Shown here one piece after another: positions 22,549-36,500 of a DNA stretch of 64,000 bases. The notes under the pieces were generated by a model. That model was not told the DNA's origin. It did not search any database and saw nothing but the letters and a program-made list of their open reading frames with translations. Numbering within the stretch: the stretch's first letter is position 1; each line of letters begins with the position of its first letter. This DNA is from Macrostomum lignano (Eukaryota), in assembly GCA_002269645.1 (NCBI GenBank), contig NIVC01000289.1:1-64000 (forward strand), in the 5' to 3' direction. The position numbers and the translations under genes are program-made.

Positions 22549-25500
22549 ATGGTAAATGAGTTTTCCCATGAGAAGGTAAGTTCTTAGAAATTTTAAATAT
22601 TCTGCTATAGATTATTTAATTTTTTAATGCTTCCATTCTTTATAAGCGGGTTTAAAAAACTTTTTTACCTTGAAGGCCAGATATGAAACCTAAGAGCATG
22701 ACTGCTGGCCAGAAAAGGGGAGAGAGGAGAGGTAATAGAGCAAAGAAGGTAGATGGGAGAAATGAGAGGCAAGAGAATAAAGAAGAGCTGAGTGACAGAG
22801 TAGAGAAGAGATTAGAGCCAAACCTTGAGCTAATTGGTAAAATCATTATCGAATTATATACTCCTCAATTTAAATATGATTTGCAATATGAAGCATTAGA
22901 TATATCATTTTAGAGCTTTTGTGCGGGAAAAATCGTCCATTGGCTTTGTGTAGGGCCAGCCCTAAAGTCACAGAGAGTGTACATGTCTGACGATTAGAAA
23001 ATCAGAGGCCGCTGTACACCCTGTGTGAGCCAGGTGTCACTGCTTGTGCAGATATAATTAGAATCGCAGTTCTCTAATCTCTATACAAAAACTATGAAAT
23101 TTAACAACCCCAGAGCAAGCTATCGGCTTCAATCTCGTGGATCATCTCTAAGGCCTTCCCGCCGCAGACTCCAAAGCCGGACATTTACAATCTGATATTC
23201 GACGCCAATACCGAATGCCAGCTGACTCATCACGTGATCCGCGGCCTCACGTCTAACAATCTCTATTCGGCCGCTTGCAGTACCCTGTTCCCGAATTCTC
23301 GCCAGGAGACTTGGACAGATCACGATTGCATTCTGAGAAATCTTCGTCGCAGAGGCATCCCAGTGTTGGACGAGAAAGGATGCCAGATTACTCAGACTGT
23401 TTTGCAACGCGACGAGGGTGGAAATTTGCACGTGAGTTTTAAAGGACACTTTATTTTGTACTTATAGTAGCTGTATGCATGCTTTACTAACTTCACATTT
23501 TGTGGCTTGACGATTGTTGCAAATATGATCTTTCTACTTGAATAAATTAACTTTTGGTGTTAGAGATGCAATGAATATGCTTTATCCAGATTTAAGCATG
23601 CGATTTACTCTACTATAAGTAGAAAAATAAGTAAAATAAAAGAAGAATATGAAAATGTGATTCAATACCAGATTTACTTTGCGATTTCCTCTACTATAAG
23701 TAGAAATATAAGTAAAAGTAAAAGAATCATACGGAAAATGTGATCCAATACCAGATTTAAGCATGCAAGTTCCTCTACTATAAGTAAAAAAAACAATCAT
23801 CTTCGCAGAATCGCCTCTCAACTGGCCGTTCTATGTCATTCGCATCGGCTGTGGGTGCCGCTTATGTATTAGTTATCTAAAATCGTCCATATATTTTGGT
23901 GAAGGACTTCTGGTTGTTGAAGATTATAACGGAGATTATATCAAATAGCCCACATGGTTTTATGGTTTCCAATTTGTTTATTTGAATTCAATAGATTATT
24001 TGAAACTACTTACAAGACATGCATTCAGTAGTATGTTTAATATCTATACCTATAAAAATCAAAACTCTGTGTGTCTGTGGACAATTCTAGCGATATAAAT
24101 GAACATTATTATCCAACTGGGCCTTTCTTTAAGAGAAAGAATTCACGGTGATTGGATTTCGCACATGTCAGTTTAATGCATATAAACCTAGAGTTATGAA
24201 AAAATTACCATAAAAAGAGTTAACATAAAATTATTGTATAATTCTATAATATCTGTTTGCAGCATCCACATGCGCCATCCTTGATGCGCTGCGTTATGCC
24301 AGGCGATTCGGCGAATCAAAATTTGTCCTTTCCATTTGTGAGCTTAACTTATTCGTTTTTATCATTTATTAATCAGAGTAATAAATATCGTACTCTGCAG
24401 CCTTTCAATCACTGGATTTGAGCTAATTTATATCACCTTGCGCATGCCATCTTCATCTGTCAGTCTACAATTGACTAAAGTGGAGAAAATTCATAAATTG
24501 TAGCTATTTTTTATTGTTTGACTGTTGGGAGTGGGTTTACCTTTAAATTACTTTTATTATTAAAAACATGCTATACATTTTCTAAAACTTCTCGTAGCAT
24601 CCACTTAAATTAGAATACAGTCTAATTTACAGAGATTTGCGAAATGATTGGACCTGATCAAACGACATTTAAGACAAACGTTTAAGACGTTTGCTTTAGC
24701 AGATATTCCTACAAAGGCAAACAGACATCAAGACTGAAACACTAGGACACATCAAGACCAGGACACTAAGACACATCAAGACCGTGACACTAAGGCACAT
24801 CAAGACTGGGACACTAGGACACATCAAGACCGTGACACTAAGGCACATCAAGACTGGGACACTAGGACACATCAAGACCGGGACACTAAGGCACATCAAG
24901 ACTGGGACACTAGGACACATCAAGACCGGGACACTAAGGCACATCAAGACTGGGACACTAGGACACATCAAGACCGTGACACTAAGGCACATCAAGACTG
25001 GGACACTAAGACACATCAAAACAAGGACACTAAGACACTTCAAGACTGGGACACTAAGGCACATCAAGACTGGGACACTAAGACACATCAAAACAAGGAC
25101 ACTAAGACACATCAAAACAAGGACACTAAGACACATCAAAACAAGGACACTAAGACACTTCAAGACTGGGACACTAAGACACTTCAAGACTGGGACACTA
25201 AGGCACATCAAGACTGGGACACTAGGACACATCAAGACCGTGACACTAAGGCACATCAAGACTGGGACACTAAGACACATCAAAACAAGGACACTAAGAC
25301 ACTTCAAGACTGGGACACTAAGGCACATCAAGACTGGGACACTAAGACACATCAAAACAAGGACACTAAGACACATCAAAACAAGGACACTAAGACACAT
25401 CAAAACAAGGACACTAAGACACTTCAAGACTGGGACACTAAGACACTTCAAGACTGGGACACTAAGACACATCAAAACAAGGACACTAAGACACATCAAA

Positions 25501-28500
25501 ACAAGGACACTAAGACACATCAAAACAAGGACACTAAGACACTTCAAGACTGGGACACTAAGACACTTCAAGACTGGGACACTAAAACACATCAAGACTG
25601 GGACACTAAGACACATTAAGACGGGTACACTATATTTTTAACAAACGTACTCCATATTTAAAAAGTATTTTCTGGCCGTCTGCCTATTTCTGTAGCATTT
25701 TTGCCTAGTTGTGTTAACTATTTGTCCAAAATTTAGATTCTTAAATCTTCATTTTAAATCCGAGCAGTTTTTAGATTCATATGTTAAAATGATCTTAAAT
25801 ATTAAATGATTTAATTTCTAAACATATCGGTAGATGGTTGTTTGTTTCATAAGTTTTGTTCCTCGCCTTGAACTCGAATCCGCAGAAGGCTCACCTGGCC
25901 CTGATTGACGGCCTGATGATTGCCTACATCGAGGAGTGCGCCAGCAGTCAAGAAATCGAAGCAGCGGTCGCTCGATTCTGCACCAGAACCCCGCCGCCTC
26001 AGGTGCCCAAAGCTACACCCGAGGCGCTCGACCTGTGGATTCGCGAGGCCAATGCTGCCGCTTTGAAAGCTTTGCCAGTGCCGCCCGACCGACTGTTGGA
26101 CGCGTCGGCCCGATTAGCTTTGCTAATAAATTTTTACGCTCCAGACCTGCTCCCGGTCACTACGGTTGATCTGAATGGCAATTTGTCCTGGCAGAGAAAG
26201 GTAGACAATTGGAGTAGGGTGCGCGATTTCTGCGCCTCCTACCTGGCCGATAATCCGTTCGTAGCTCACCCGGCCGATATTGTCCGGTCAGCTGATCGGC
26301 TAAAATTAAATCTCACGTGTTTAACTGCGGAATTGTTTCGCCACCTGGAGATTAGCGGCAAGTTTAAACCGTCTTATCAGATTTACCGGACTTATCCTGC
26401 TATGCAGCAGCAACAGCAGACTCCTACGCCGACTCCTAGAAGACAATCAGCTTCTTCTATTAATAATTTCGATTATCCTTCTCAGCAACATCAGCAGCAG
26501 CAAGCGGCTAATTATGCTAATGAGCTTCATAATCAAAACAACGTTGTTGAAGAAGAAGAGGACGAAGAGGAAGAAGAAGATTTTGCAACACCGGAAAGCG
26601 AGGAAGCTCCGCCGTTTGTTGCCCAGCAACAGCAGGTTATGCCAGGTGAAGCGCAAGAAGATGATGATGAAGAGGAAGCAACGAGTCTGGCTAGCGAAGC
26701 TCGCAGCGACGATTCAAAAACAACTTGGCTAGATTATGCTAGGAAAACTGCTCAAAAAAATACAGCTGGCGATTTAGCCGCTAGAGGCGTTGCTAGGCAA
26801 CAACCGAATTCGCAGCAGCAGCAACAGCAACAACAGCAACAATCGCAACAGCCAGTCTCCAATCTAGATTTGAAAATTCGTCTAGAAATGAAGAAGCGCC
26901 AAATTGAATTGGAAAAGAAGAAATTAGCCAGCCAGAGTAAGCGTGACAGAGAAGAGAAGGGCAGAGAGATTTTCATGCAGCTGGTGCAGCGGCAGGCAGC
27001 AAGCTCGACGGCGTCTGGAACGTCGGCAGGCGCTGTCGCCACTTCAGCCAGCGGTAGCGGAGGCGGCAGCGGGCCCAGCAGCGGCCCGGTAAGTGTTAAA
27101 GAAGTTGACGCCGCCTATAGCGATAGGTTAGACATGCTGAATAACAGCTTGACTAGTTTGCAGGATGAGATTAAAAAATTATCGCTGCAGCAAGAGCGAG
27201 CTGCTAGGGCCAGTCTGCAAGCTTTGCCCGAGCAGCAACCGCCGAAGCAGCAGCAGCCTCAGCAGCCGCCTCAGCGTGCTCGGGCCACTTGGCGGCAGCA
27301 GCCTCATCCTCAGCAGCCGCAGCATCTACCAAGCTTGCATCATCATCAGCAGCAGCATAGGCAGCAGCAGTATCACCATCTGCCTTTCCCGGCGCTGTCC
27401 ACTTCTGCTGACGGAGACTCTAGCGGCGGCGGTTTTCGTTTATCTCCAGTTGCAGATGCTGGCCCGTCGTTGCATATTGGCTCTTCTGCTCCTAGTAGCA
27501 GCAATAAAAAGCCTAAACAGCAGCAGCAGCAGCAGCAGCCGCAACAATCATCGCATTCGTCTGACTTGACCGTTGTGTCTCTGGCTAATAGTCACGGCAC
27601 TGTGGTTCTCGATCGGCCCTCCGAGCATGTTGCTTCTAGTACACAGAACCAATCAGGTCAACAGAAGCAGCAATTTAAGCAGGAAGAGGCTTTGGAACAG
27701 CAACAACAACAACAACTAGGCTTCTTCCTGGCCGGCGAAGAGCCAGCCGAAAAGGAAGATCTCCACAATGTCCAAATCAACAAGAACAATTTCTTTATCA
27801 GTTTTGATGACGACGGAGCCGGCGCCACTTCGGCTGCCGCGCCAAGTCCGCGCCGAGCCAAACGGAAGCCACAGCTGTCCAGCTCGTTGCGCTCTTCGGC
27901 TACTAAAAACGGCGCCACCACCACTGGCGCCAATCCGAATTCCAGCGCCGGCTCCGGTTCAGTCGATGCATCCGTGTCCTCGACTTCATCAGACAAAAAA
28001 GAGAAGGATGCCGCTGTCCCGGTTGCTACGGCAGACTCTTCGGAGAATGAGAAGACTAGGAAATCGCCCGTGCTGCAGAACACCGCCTTCATCGTGATTG
28101 ATGACGATAAGGAGGCTGAGAGAGCCGCTAGAATCAGAGAGTTGCAGGTGAGACGCTTTGATGAATCTCAACCTCTGTCATTTTCTTATCTCACCTCATT
28201 GCCATCCAATCTCACCACTCAACTCCATCCAGTCTCACTCCTCATCAATCTTCTCTGATATTAGCCTCGGTCCATCGCTATTCAATCACCGCTACGAAGC
28301 CACCTGTCTCATCCCTAAGAAGTCGCACCCCTCGCCCATCCAATCTGACTCCTCACTCATCCAATTTTACCCCTCTCTTATCCAATCTCACTCCTCGTCC
28401 ATCCAGTCTCACCTCTTCTCCATCCTTTCTCACTTCTCGTTCATCCAACCCCACCCTCACCCATCCAATCTCATTCTTTTGCCCATCCAATCTTACCCCT

Positions 28501-30201
28501 CACCAATCCGATCTTACTATCTTTCCCATCCAATCTCATCCATCTAATCCTACCCCTAGCTTATCCAATCTCACCCATCGCTCATCGCATCTCAAACCCG
28601 GCAGCAAAAGACAGCAGCCCGTCAGGCGGAGCTGGCCCAGAAACGCGCCGAACGCGAGCGCCTCGAAGAAGAAAAAGCCGCCCGTAAGGCGGCTGAACGC
28701 GAAGAGGCCGAGCGAAAAAAAGCAGAAGAACGCCGGCGAAGAGAGGAGATTTTCCGACTCTACAAGGAAAGAAAGCAGCAAGACGGAGGCGACGACGACG
28801 CGCCAAGTGGAGCGACCGGAGGCGGCGGCGGCGGCGGCGGCGGCGGCTACGGCGGAAGTCGGTCAGTGTCAGCCAAGTCGACAATCCGCCGGCCCAAAAG
28901 TATGTTCATCGCCGCTGCCGCTGGCGGTGGCGCCGCCAACCGAGAGGTGAAAAAGTCGCCAAGCGTTGCCGATCTCAACGAGTCCGCGGCGTCGGAAGCT
29001 GCGGCCTCGTCGGCTGGAGCTGCGTCGGCCGCCGCCGCTGCTTCTTCGACGTCGACATCTGTGCAACGATCGGGTTCCGTTGCCCATCTGACCGCTCAAG
29101 ATCCAAACCTTCGGCTGTTTGTTAAACCAAAATCCAAGACTAATAAGCACGTTATTAATAATGCTATTAGTCACTGCTGCTTGGCCGGAATCGTTAACGA
29201 GCCGGTGAAGAAAAAGGTGAGTCAACGGGTTCTTAGTCCCTTTGTCACATGAGTAGCGAATTTGAAATTTGAGGATACAGGACACTCTTGGAGAGTGAGA
29301 GTAACAAAGAACTAGAGATCTAGCCTCATCTAGGATTGACAAAGAACTAGAGATCTAGGAGTGACAAAGATCTAGAGATCTGGGAGTGACAGATCCAGGA
29401 GAGTGACAAAGATCTAGAGATCTAGCCTCATCTTGGAGTGACAAAGAACTAGAGATCTAGCCTCACTTGGAGTGACAAAGATCTAGAGATCTAGGAGTGA
29501 CAAAGATCTAGAGATCTGGGAGTGACATATCCAGGAGAGTGACAAAGATCTAGAGATCTAGCCTCATCTTGGAGTGACAAAGAACTAGAGATCTAGCCTC
29601 ACTTGGAGTGACAAAGATCTAGGAGAGTGACAAAGATCTAGAGATCTAGGAGTGACGGATGTCTACGATAGCGATGAAGATCTAGAGATCCAGGAGTGTG
29701 ACGAAGATCTAGAGATCTAGGAGTGACGAAGATCTAGGAGTGACGAAGATCTAGGAGTGACACATATCTAGATTGATGGGGATCTAGGCGAGCGATTTAG
29801 AGAGTGAAGTAAAAATTAGTGACAGTTTTTGAGAGATTGACAAACAATTCCAGCTACCCTCATAGCATTGAATCCCGCCCCGTCCCAATGCTCAGGCCCT
29901 AGCCGACTTGGACAATTCCGAGATGGCTCACTTTGTGATTCTGTTTCGCGACGCCAAGTGCCAGTACCGGGGCCTGTACGGATTCATTCCGGAATCGGAG
30001 GTGCTCGTCCGCCTGTCGGGCCGGGGTCCTCGGGACATCGATCACAGCATGGTTGATTGCTTCTTCAAATACAATTCTGGCAGCAAGAAATTCTCCGAGA
30101 TAAAGTCTACTAAGCATCTCTCGCCAGCTATTGATGCGGTGAGCATTCAGGATCGATTCTGGAAGAATCAGGGTCGGTCTGCTAGTACTACTCGCAAGTA
30201 G
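22549..30201 (+). CDS. CAMSAP: CAMSAP/Patronin microtubule minus-end binding protein (CH domain, coiled coils, CKK domain)
   Basis: Exons 22549-22575 (tentative), 23114-23431, 25886-28147, 28605-29216 and 29896-30201, in frame and GT-AG. N-terminal SASISWIISKAF, CH-region LALLINFYAP...LKLNLTCLTAELF, EERRRREEIFRLYKERK coil, and CKK LFVKPKSKTNKHVINNAISHCCLAG...HFVILFRDAKCQYRGLY...KYNSGSKKF. Confidence 0.92.
23585..23790. repeat. ~85-bp tandem repeat (about 2.5 copies) with CTCTACTATAAGTAGAA core
   Basis: Three occurrences of ccagattta...ctctactataagta. Similar ctactataagtag motifs recur at 50335-50490. Confidence 0.75.
24720..25630. repeat. Intronic 24-bp minisatellite AAGACTGGGACACTAAGACACATC, about 37 copies
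   Basis: Period-24 array in a CAMSAP intron. A unit length divisible by 3 produces the long IKTGTLRH and CLSVPVLM ORFs. Confidence 0.96.
28160..28580. repeat. Degenerate pyrimidine-rich ATCCAATCTCAC-like repeat in CAMSAP intron
   Basis: Recurrent atccaatct / ctcac motifs and strong C/T strand bias between donor 28148 and acceptor 28604. Confidence 0.7.
29330..29790. repeat. Intronic minisatellite, ~25-bp unit GAGTGACAAAGATCTAGAGATCTAG with variants
   Basis: Tandem variant units in the last CAMSAP intron. Confidence 0.9.
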
Positions 30202-30344
30202 TACATGTAAACAGGATTTGGAGACAATATTTTGTTTCTTTTGTTGTCCCATGTACCTGCGCCACTGTAGCCTGATGCCGTATTGATAGAGCTGTGTGTA
30301 GGCTATGGGGATATCATGTAATGTGCTTCAGTAGCTGTTTATTG

Positions 30345-30386
30345 TCTGTCTGTCTGTCTGTCTGTCTGTGTCTGTCTGTCTGTCTG

Positions 30387-30471
<85 letters not shown>

Positions 30472-30622
30472 GTCTGTCTGTCTGTCTGTCTGTCTGTGTC
30501 TGTCTGTCTGTCTGTCTGTCTGTGTGTCTGTCTGTCTGTGTGTCTGTCTGTGTGTCTGTCTGTCTGTCTGTCTGTGTGTCTGTGTGTCTGTCTGTCTGTC
30601 TGTCTGCCTGTCTGTCTGTCTG
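30345..30622. repeat. (TGTC)n compound microsatellite
   Basis: Direct reading. Lies 150 bp downstream of the CAMSAP stop. Confidence 0.98.
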
Positions 30623-33238
30623 TGGGACAGTCTCAAATTTTTTTACCATTAGTAACTAGTGTTTGAAGTTGTTACCCTGTTCATCTAAAATTCGATTTCA
30701 ATATTGTCTGTCTCAGAATATTAGGAGCCAAAAAGTGTGGTACATTTACAAGCGCACAGTGCTCTCCATACTGACAAGCTACTGCCCTGCATTACATTAT
30801 ATCCGACAAATCTCAACTGTCTGTCTGTCTTATTATCTATCTGGCTTATTATAAGAAGTGATGATAATCTGTTTTATAATAACTAGTTACTCAAACCATC
30901 TGATCTAATATTATATTTACATTTGACAGCCGCCTGTTTTAAATTAGAAATAATTACCCGGCTCGTGAGATTGTTAGTTAAATCATGTCTAGTCCGCTAC
31001 TGACTACTTTCTTCTACTCGTAATTGACGAATAAAGAACAAAGACTGCCGACTGAATCGGTTTTTATTTTATATTATTATTTCTATAAATTTCCTTTTGC
31101 AAACGCCACTACTCTGGCCAGTAGTTGGGTCGCCTTTCTATGTTTTTTTGTTATACTGGGGTCCATTTTTGTTTTTATTTTGCTCTTTAATTCAACCTAT
31201 TCTATTGTGTTATGGAAATTCAGTGAACTGTTAGGTCTGAGCTTTTATTCATGTACATAATTATTTATTTAGCATATACGCTCGTATATCTTATACCTAA
31301 TTAAGTTAATTGAGTAGAGAGAGATATTACTTTGCCACACAATCAGAACTAGAAGATCTTGCTTTGGCGTGCTAAATGTTTGAATGCTTTTGCTTTTCCA
31401 CTTTGCCCGCCGCGATCACGCTGTGACGATTAATAAATTGTTATAATTTTACTAAATATTCCGCCTTATCAATGTTGATGATTGCAGCTCCTGCAATTAT
31501 ACTTGCGTTCAATTTCTGTTGCAATCCAGCGTCTACAGTCTAAGCACGCTGCTTTTATTATCTATACTACTAGTAGTAGAGCTGAGTCCATATGGCAGTA
31601 GTGTGTACAGAAAATTTATTGTTTTCTTTGTGCACGCACCAATTTGAATCTTAGATACATGTATAAGTAAATTTATTTACAGTTGAGATTTGTAAGTTTC
31701 CCTGCTAATTTGCTAATGTTTTCCTCTCGCAAAAGCAATTTGATAACTTTTTAATTGCACTTTGGCTGCTATTTAGTTTCTAGTGGAAAGCACTTTGGTT
31801 TATGCTGGCTTCCTTAAACTTCTCTGTTTTCAAAAAATAACCTTTATTCATTGTTGGCTTGCTTTGTTTCTTGAACTAACGAAGAGTCGCGATCTGTCTG
31901 TCTTAAGAATAATGCTTCCATTATTTATGATACCTTATTTCTTAATATAGCATTGCAAAGGTATATATATATATAAAGCAATTAGTAGCTTCTAATTAAA
32001 TTAAGTTAAAACAAAGCTAGCTAGCAATTTATAGATTGGAACTCAATAATAGCACTTGAGTAGATCTTAGTTTTGCCCGAATGAATTGTGATTTGTGATG
32101 AATCGTGACTCCTGTTTTAAAGCCACGATATATTGACGACTGCATTGTCGGTTTGTAAGAATTAAGCTAATTGACTACTAACAGGTTCTGGCCTGCTATC
32201 TAGCTAGCTATCCATTTTTGTTCTGTTTTTGCTTTTCCTTCAGGTTGGATACTTTCTCTTGTCTCTTGTCTTGCTTTTAATTTCATTGTGTTCAGCTAAT
32301 TGCTGTTTTTAAAACGCTTACTAATGACTAAATTTGTGATACTATACTTTGAGAGAGTCATTACTGTGCTTAAAGAGCCTGAGTGATATTATTATGGAGC
32401 AAAGTTTGTTTGATCAGCGATCAAATGATCTGTTGAAGATGTTATTATAAATATTTGTAGATTAATTTTTGTTCCTAAATCAATAATGTTCTTTGTTCTT
32501 ATGCCATTTTCGTTTCTATTATTGCGTGTTAATCAGTAGTAGCTCATGCTTTTAAAATATAGAAATAACTCTACTGATTATTAAAGTGCAATTATAAATT
32601 CTTCTCGTTTTCGAAGCTTCGTCCGTACTTCATATAGTGCGTGCTATTGAATTGACACTTTTCTGAAAACTGCGCTGGACAAAAAGTAATATAAATTGAC
32701 TCACTGTTGAAAATATCTAGCGGCTCTCTGCTAGGGTACGTTGCTTTTTATTCGTTGCTTTTATTGGTTGCTTTCACTGAGGACTGCCTTTGTATTTTCT
32801 CTTTGCCAGTCCGTACAATGCTTGCTCTGTTCCATTTGTTCCACTTCGTTGCCATTGCAAGTTTCGCGAAGAAAACTTTTCCCGCTTCAATTGCCCTGAG
32901 TTAGTCAAATATATTTAATAAATTATATCTATCGTCCATGGGTTCCTGTTGGACTTATTTGATGACACAGTTGACCTTATTTAAAATTTTCTGAGTACCG
33001 AGGCTTCACTGTATGTTTCTCTGATTTATTTTTTCTGCATGCAGAAGTATAAAAACGCTTAACGTTTTGCCTGATTTTCTTTGTGCAATTAAAAATAGGA
33101 GTGGAGTGGCTTAATATACTGTAATTTTTTAAGCCCAACGTTTCTTGGAAATACGAATTTCGGGATTTAAGCTGTAAAATTTTGAACTACTGTCAATAAA
33201 TGACATTGGCATTACATGTAAGTACCCCACACGAGCGC

Positions 33239-33525
33239 AATAATAATAATCAAAATTGATTACAGCTGCCCTAATGGGCAGATGTGAAACCGACAGCTCA
33301 GCCGCAGCTGCAGCTCAGTGCAGCATCTGAAGGCTGCGTACGGCTGTTCAGTCCAAGGACTGGGGGGTCGCTATATATTATACTCGTACCCTCCGTCCTC
33401 CGATTTAATGCCGTTTTAAACCTGGATGGAGTGAAGCAATGCAGAGTTAATTAACGTGTCTTGCTCAAGTACACAGATTGTTCTGAATGGGTAGTAAATC
33501 GAACCCCTGACCTTCCAGCAAGGAC
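33239..33525 (-). mobile_element. tRNA-headed SINE, 5'-degenerate copy
   Basis: Reverse-complement similarity to 39800-40113 (gtccttggactgaacagccgtacgcagccttc; gctgagctgtcgg; B box GGTTCGATT; ATT-repeat tail). Confidence 0.8.
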
Positions 33526-36500
33526 TATATATATAGTTATAGTATAGTATACTATACAATATAATTAGTATATAATAATGTATAATATAATATATATATG
33601 CAATACATATAGTTAGTATACTACTATAGTGGACTGTACGTATAGCTATATACAGTGGTCCTTGTCTTCCAGTCATAATTCCGTCGATGTCGTTGGATGT
33701 TAGAGTAAGCAACTCTACAATCCCACAAGGTTGCTAAGTTTGCGGCAAATAGGATCGTTGCCTCGTAGACACGCGTCTCGCAATACTTTAAAGACAGCTT
33801 TGTCTTATTTAATACATTCCTTAAGCCAAATAGTGCTATGTTAAATCCTTAAACTATAAAGGGTTGTCTTCGTTACTCGGCCATTTGTTTATTCGTAATT
33901 GAAATTAGTGTGTTTTCAAAAAGTGTGCAATCTGAGGGAGAATGCCTCGAATTTAAAATTCGTTTTAAAGTACGATATTTAAAATTCGTACAAGGTCCTA
34001 CATTTTTTCTTGCCAAAGAAATACGTTTTGGCAGGGAAGCCCATGACATAATCTTGATTAAATCATGGTTCTTGTCAGTATCTTTACTCTAGCGAAGGTT
34101 GTCAGTTTATTTAAATTGTTAAGGATGGTCTAGGCCTAGCCTAGCATGTGCAAATGGCAATGCAATGCTGCAATGCAGATAAACTAGGGCAGGGCCGTCG
34201 GGCGGCGGGCACTACCCTACGCCTACGGCTATGCTCCTACGGGCGGCCCTACATTAATTACATGACAGGCCTACGCACAGCTATACTTTAAGTCCCAGGC
34301 CCAGTATAGGCCTATGGCTAGTAAAGTTTTTAGATGTGTTTAATTTTATTTTAAAATTAGGCCTAGGACCTAGTTAACAGAAAAATTTAAATGTTGTTTC
34401 ATTTTATTAATACTAGGCCTAGTCATTTCTCATAATATTGGTACTAAAGCTATAAATTCCCATTGTCTAGCCCAGATTAGGCCTAGGCCCTAGCCTAGGG
34501 CTAGGCCTGCCACCTATTATCTAGACTTTGGAATCAAGTGCAAAGGCAAGGTCTTAAGTGTAAGCCTACTCTTAGCTTAGTAGCCTTAGTAGTAGGCTAA
34601 GCCTATATGCATGTTATATTAGCCTATTAGGATATATTTATTAAATGTTTTTTAATTTGGATCACATAAAACTTAATATACTAGGGGCCTATAATATATA
34701 AATTATAAACCAACTTTAAAAATTAAACATTTATATTTTTTAGGCCTAAGTAAGGCTAAGTCCTAAGATTTTTTATAGGCCTGTGGCAGTTGTTATTATT
34801 ATGTTAACCATATAATTAGCAAAACAATTATTTTTATAGTCAACACAAAACAAATACCATCTAAATGAAGTGACAACTTGCTGTATAAATATTAAGATTT
34901 AAATAAATAACAAAACGTGTTATTGATAAATATGATAATAACTTCTAGTGGTTCTTGTCATAATAGCTTAGCTACTTTAGGCAATTTTTAATTATTACAT
35001 TGTTATTTAACTGAGAATTTTTTTATATGACCATAAAAATAGCCATTTTGCTTCTTACCTCTGGTGACCATAAAAATAACAGTTTTGCTATTGATACAGT
35101 TAGGCCTATATTAAGTAGGCCTAAAGACCATAGGCCTAGATAGTATCTTATATGTTAATCATAAAAATAACTGTTTTGTTAGATCCCAATTCAGGATCCC
35201 AATCCTGATCCTAACTTGGTTAGGACCTGGGTGTTTTTTTTAGATTCCTGACATTGTGAATAAGTATCAGGAGTCGGGAAAAATCAGGCAGGATTATAAA
35301 AAGTTTTTACATTTAAATCCTATATCCTAAAAATGAGTTGTCTGTGGGTAGGTAGGTAGGTATGCAATAAATTTATTTCCTAAATAACATTAAAAGCAAT
35401 TTTGAAAGGAGTAAATAGGGCAAAAAATGCCAAATTTATTTGTTTATTTAATTTAAGCCTTCAAGGTTATTTTGATTTTCTAAAATATCTTGACTTAAAT
35501 GAATCAATCAACTTACTTGAACAAAAAGTAATTGTAAAGCTCAATTTTGTACTAAAAGTGTTATTTGATAATCTTTAATTATTGGAAATACTAACAAAAT
35601 GAAAATTATAAAGTTTAGTACAAAAATATTACAATAGTCAAATAGGTTGAGGTTTGAAATTCACTAACTACTGAATTTTCTTTTTACTTAACTGCTAACT
35701 GCTCAACAAAACTTGACTTGAATACTCAGCTTGAACTCCCAAAGTTTTGTCAAGTACTTGACTTGACCAAAACCTGAGTTTGTTTTGGCTCTATAATCTA
35801 GTAGTACTAACTTATACTAAACTACAAGTTAGGCTAGTATATTAATATCAGTTGACTACTAATACTAATTAATATATGTGCCTATATATCTTATATCTAA
35901 AGCTGAGTGGATCGATTGACTAGCCAGGTTTATTGTGCATATCCTCTTAGATGGCTGGGAACTCAAATGCGGGATTTATATATTAATGCAGAACTTTCCT
36001 AGGCAACAAATAGGCTATTTAAATGGTAAAGTTTTCAAAATTATTTCTTAAAAAAGCAGAAAACTGTTTTCTCAACCTTATTTAGCCACTTCTTCTGCTC
36101 TGAACTAAAAATTTGCATCAATTTTAAGTGATTGCGCCACAACTTTTTCTTATCTTGGCATTGCATTTTCTCTCTAGTAGGGGGATAGGGGCATTCTAAG
36201 CAGCTGCATATGTACATTTGGACACTTGCTAATTGGTAGACAGTGAAATTCAATGCTTAAACTTGCAAGCATCTCACTGTAGTAGGCTGTGAATGTACAC
36301 TAAAAAATTCAATGTTTTAAACTGGGAAATTTCAAATACAAACTGTTCCTCAAGTTTTGAACTTTGAGAGAAAAGACTTATATTGCTAGAAAGAGTTTAG
36401 GAATATAATTTGTTTGCTTTGAGTATGAAAACTAAAAGCACAGCATTCAAAAAATGATTTCTATACTTTTAACTTTCTGCAGAGATTTTACTTATTTTTG

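Noticed and set aside
24696-25641. Long 285-aa and 306-aa repetitive ORFs (IKTGTLRH / CLSVPVLM) as proteins
   Set aside because: Artefact of a 24-bp unit without stops, open on both strands, inside a CAMSAP intron.
30294-30666. CLSV / TDRQ repeat ORFs
   Set aside because: Translations of the (TGTC)n microsatellite.
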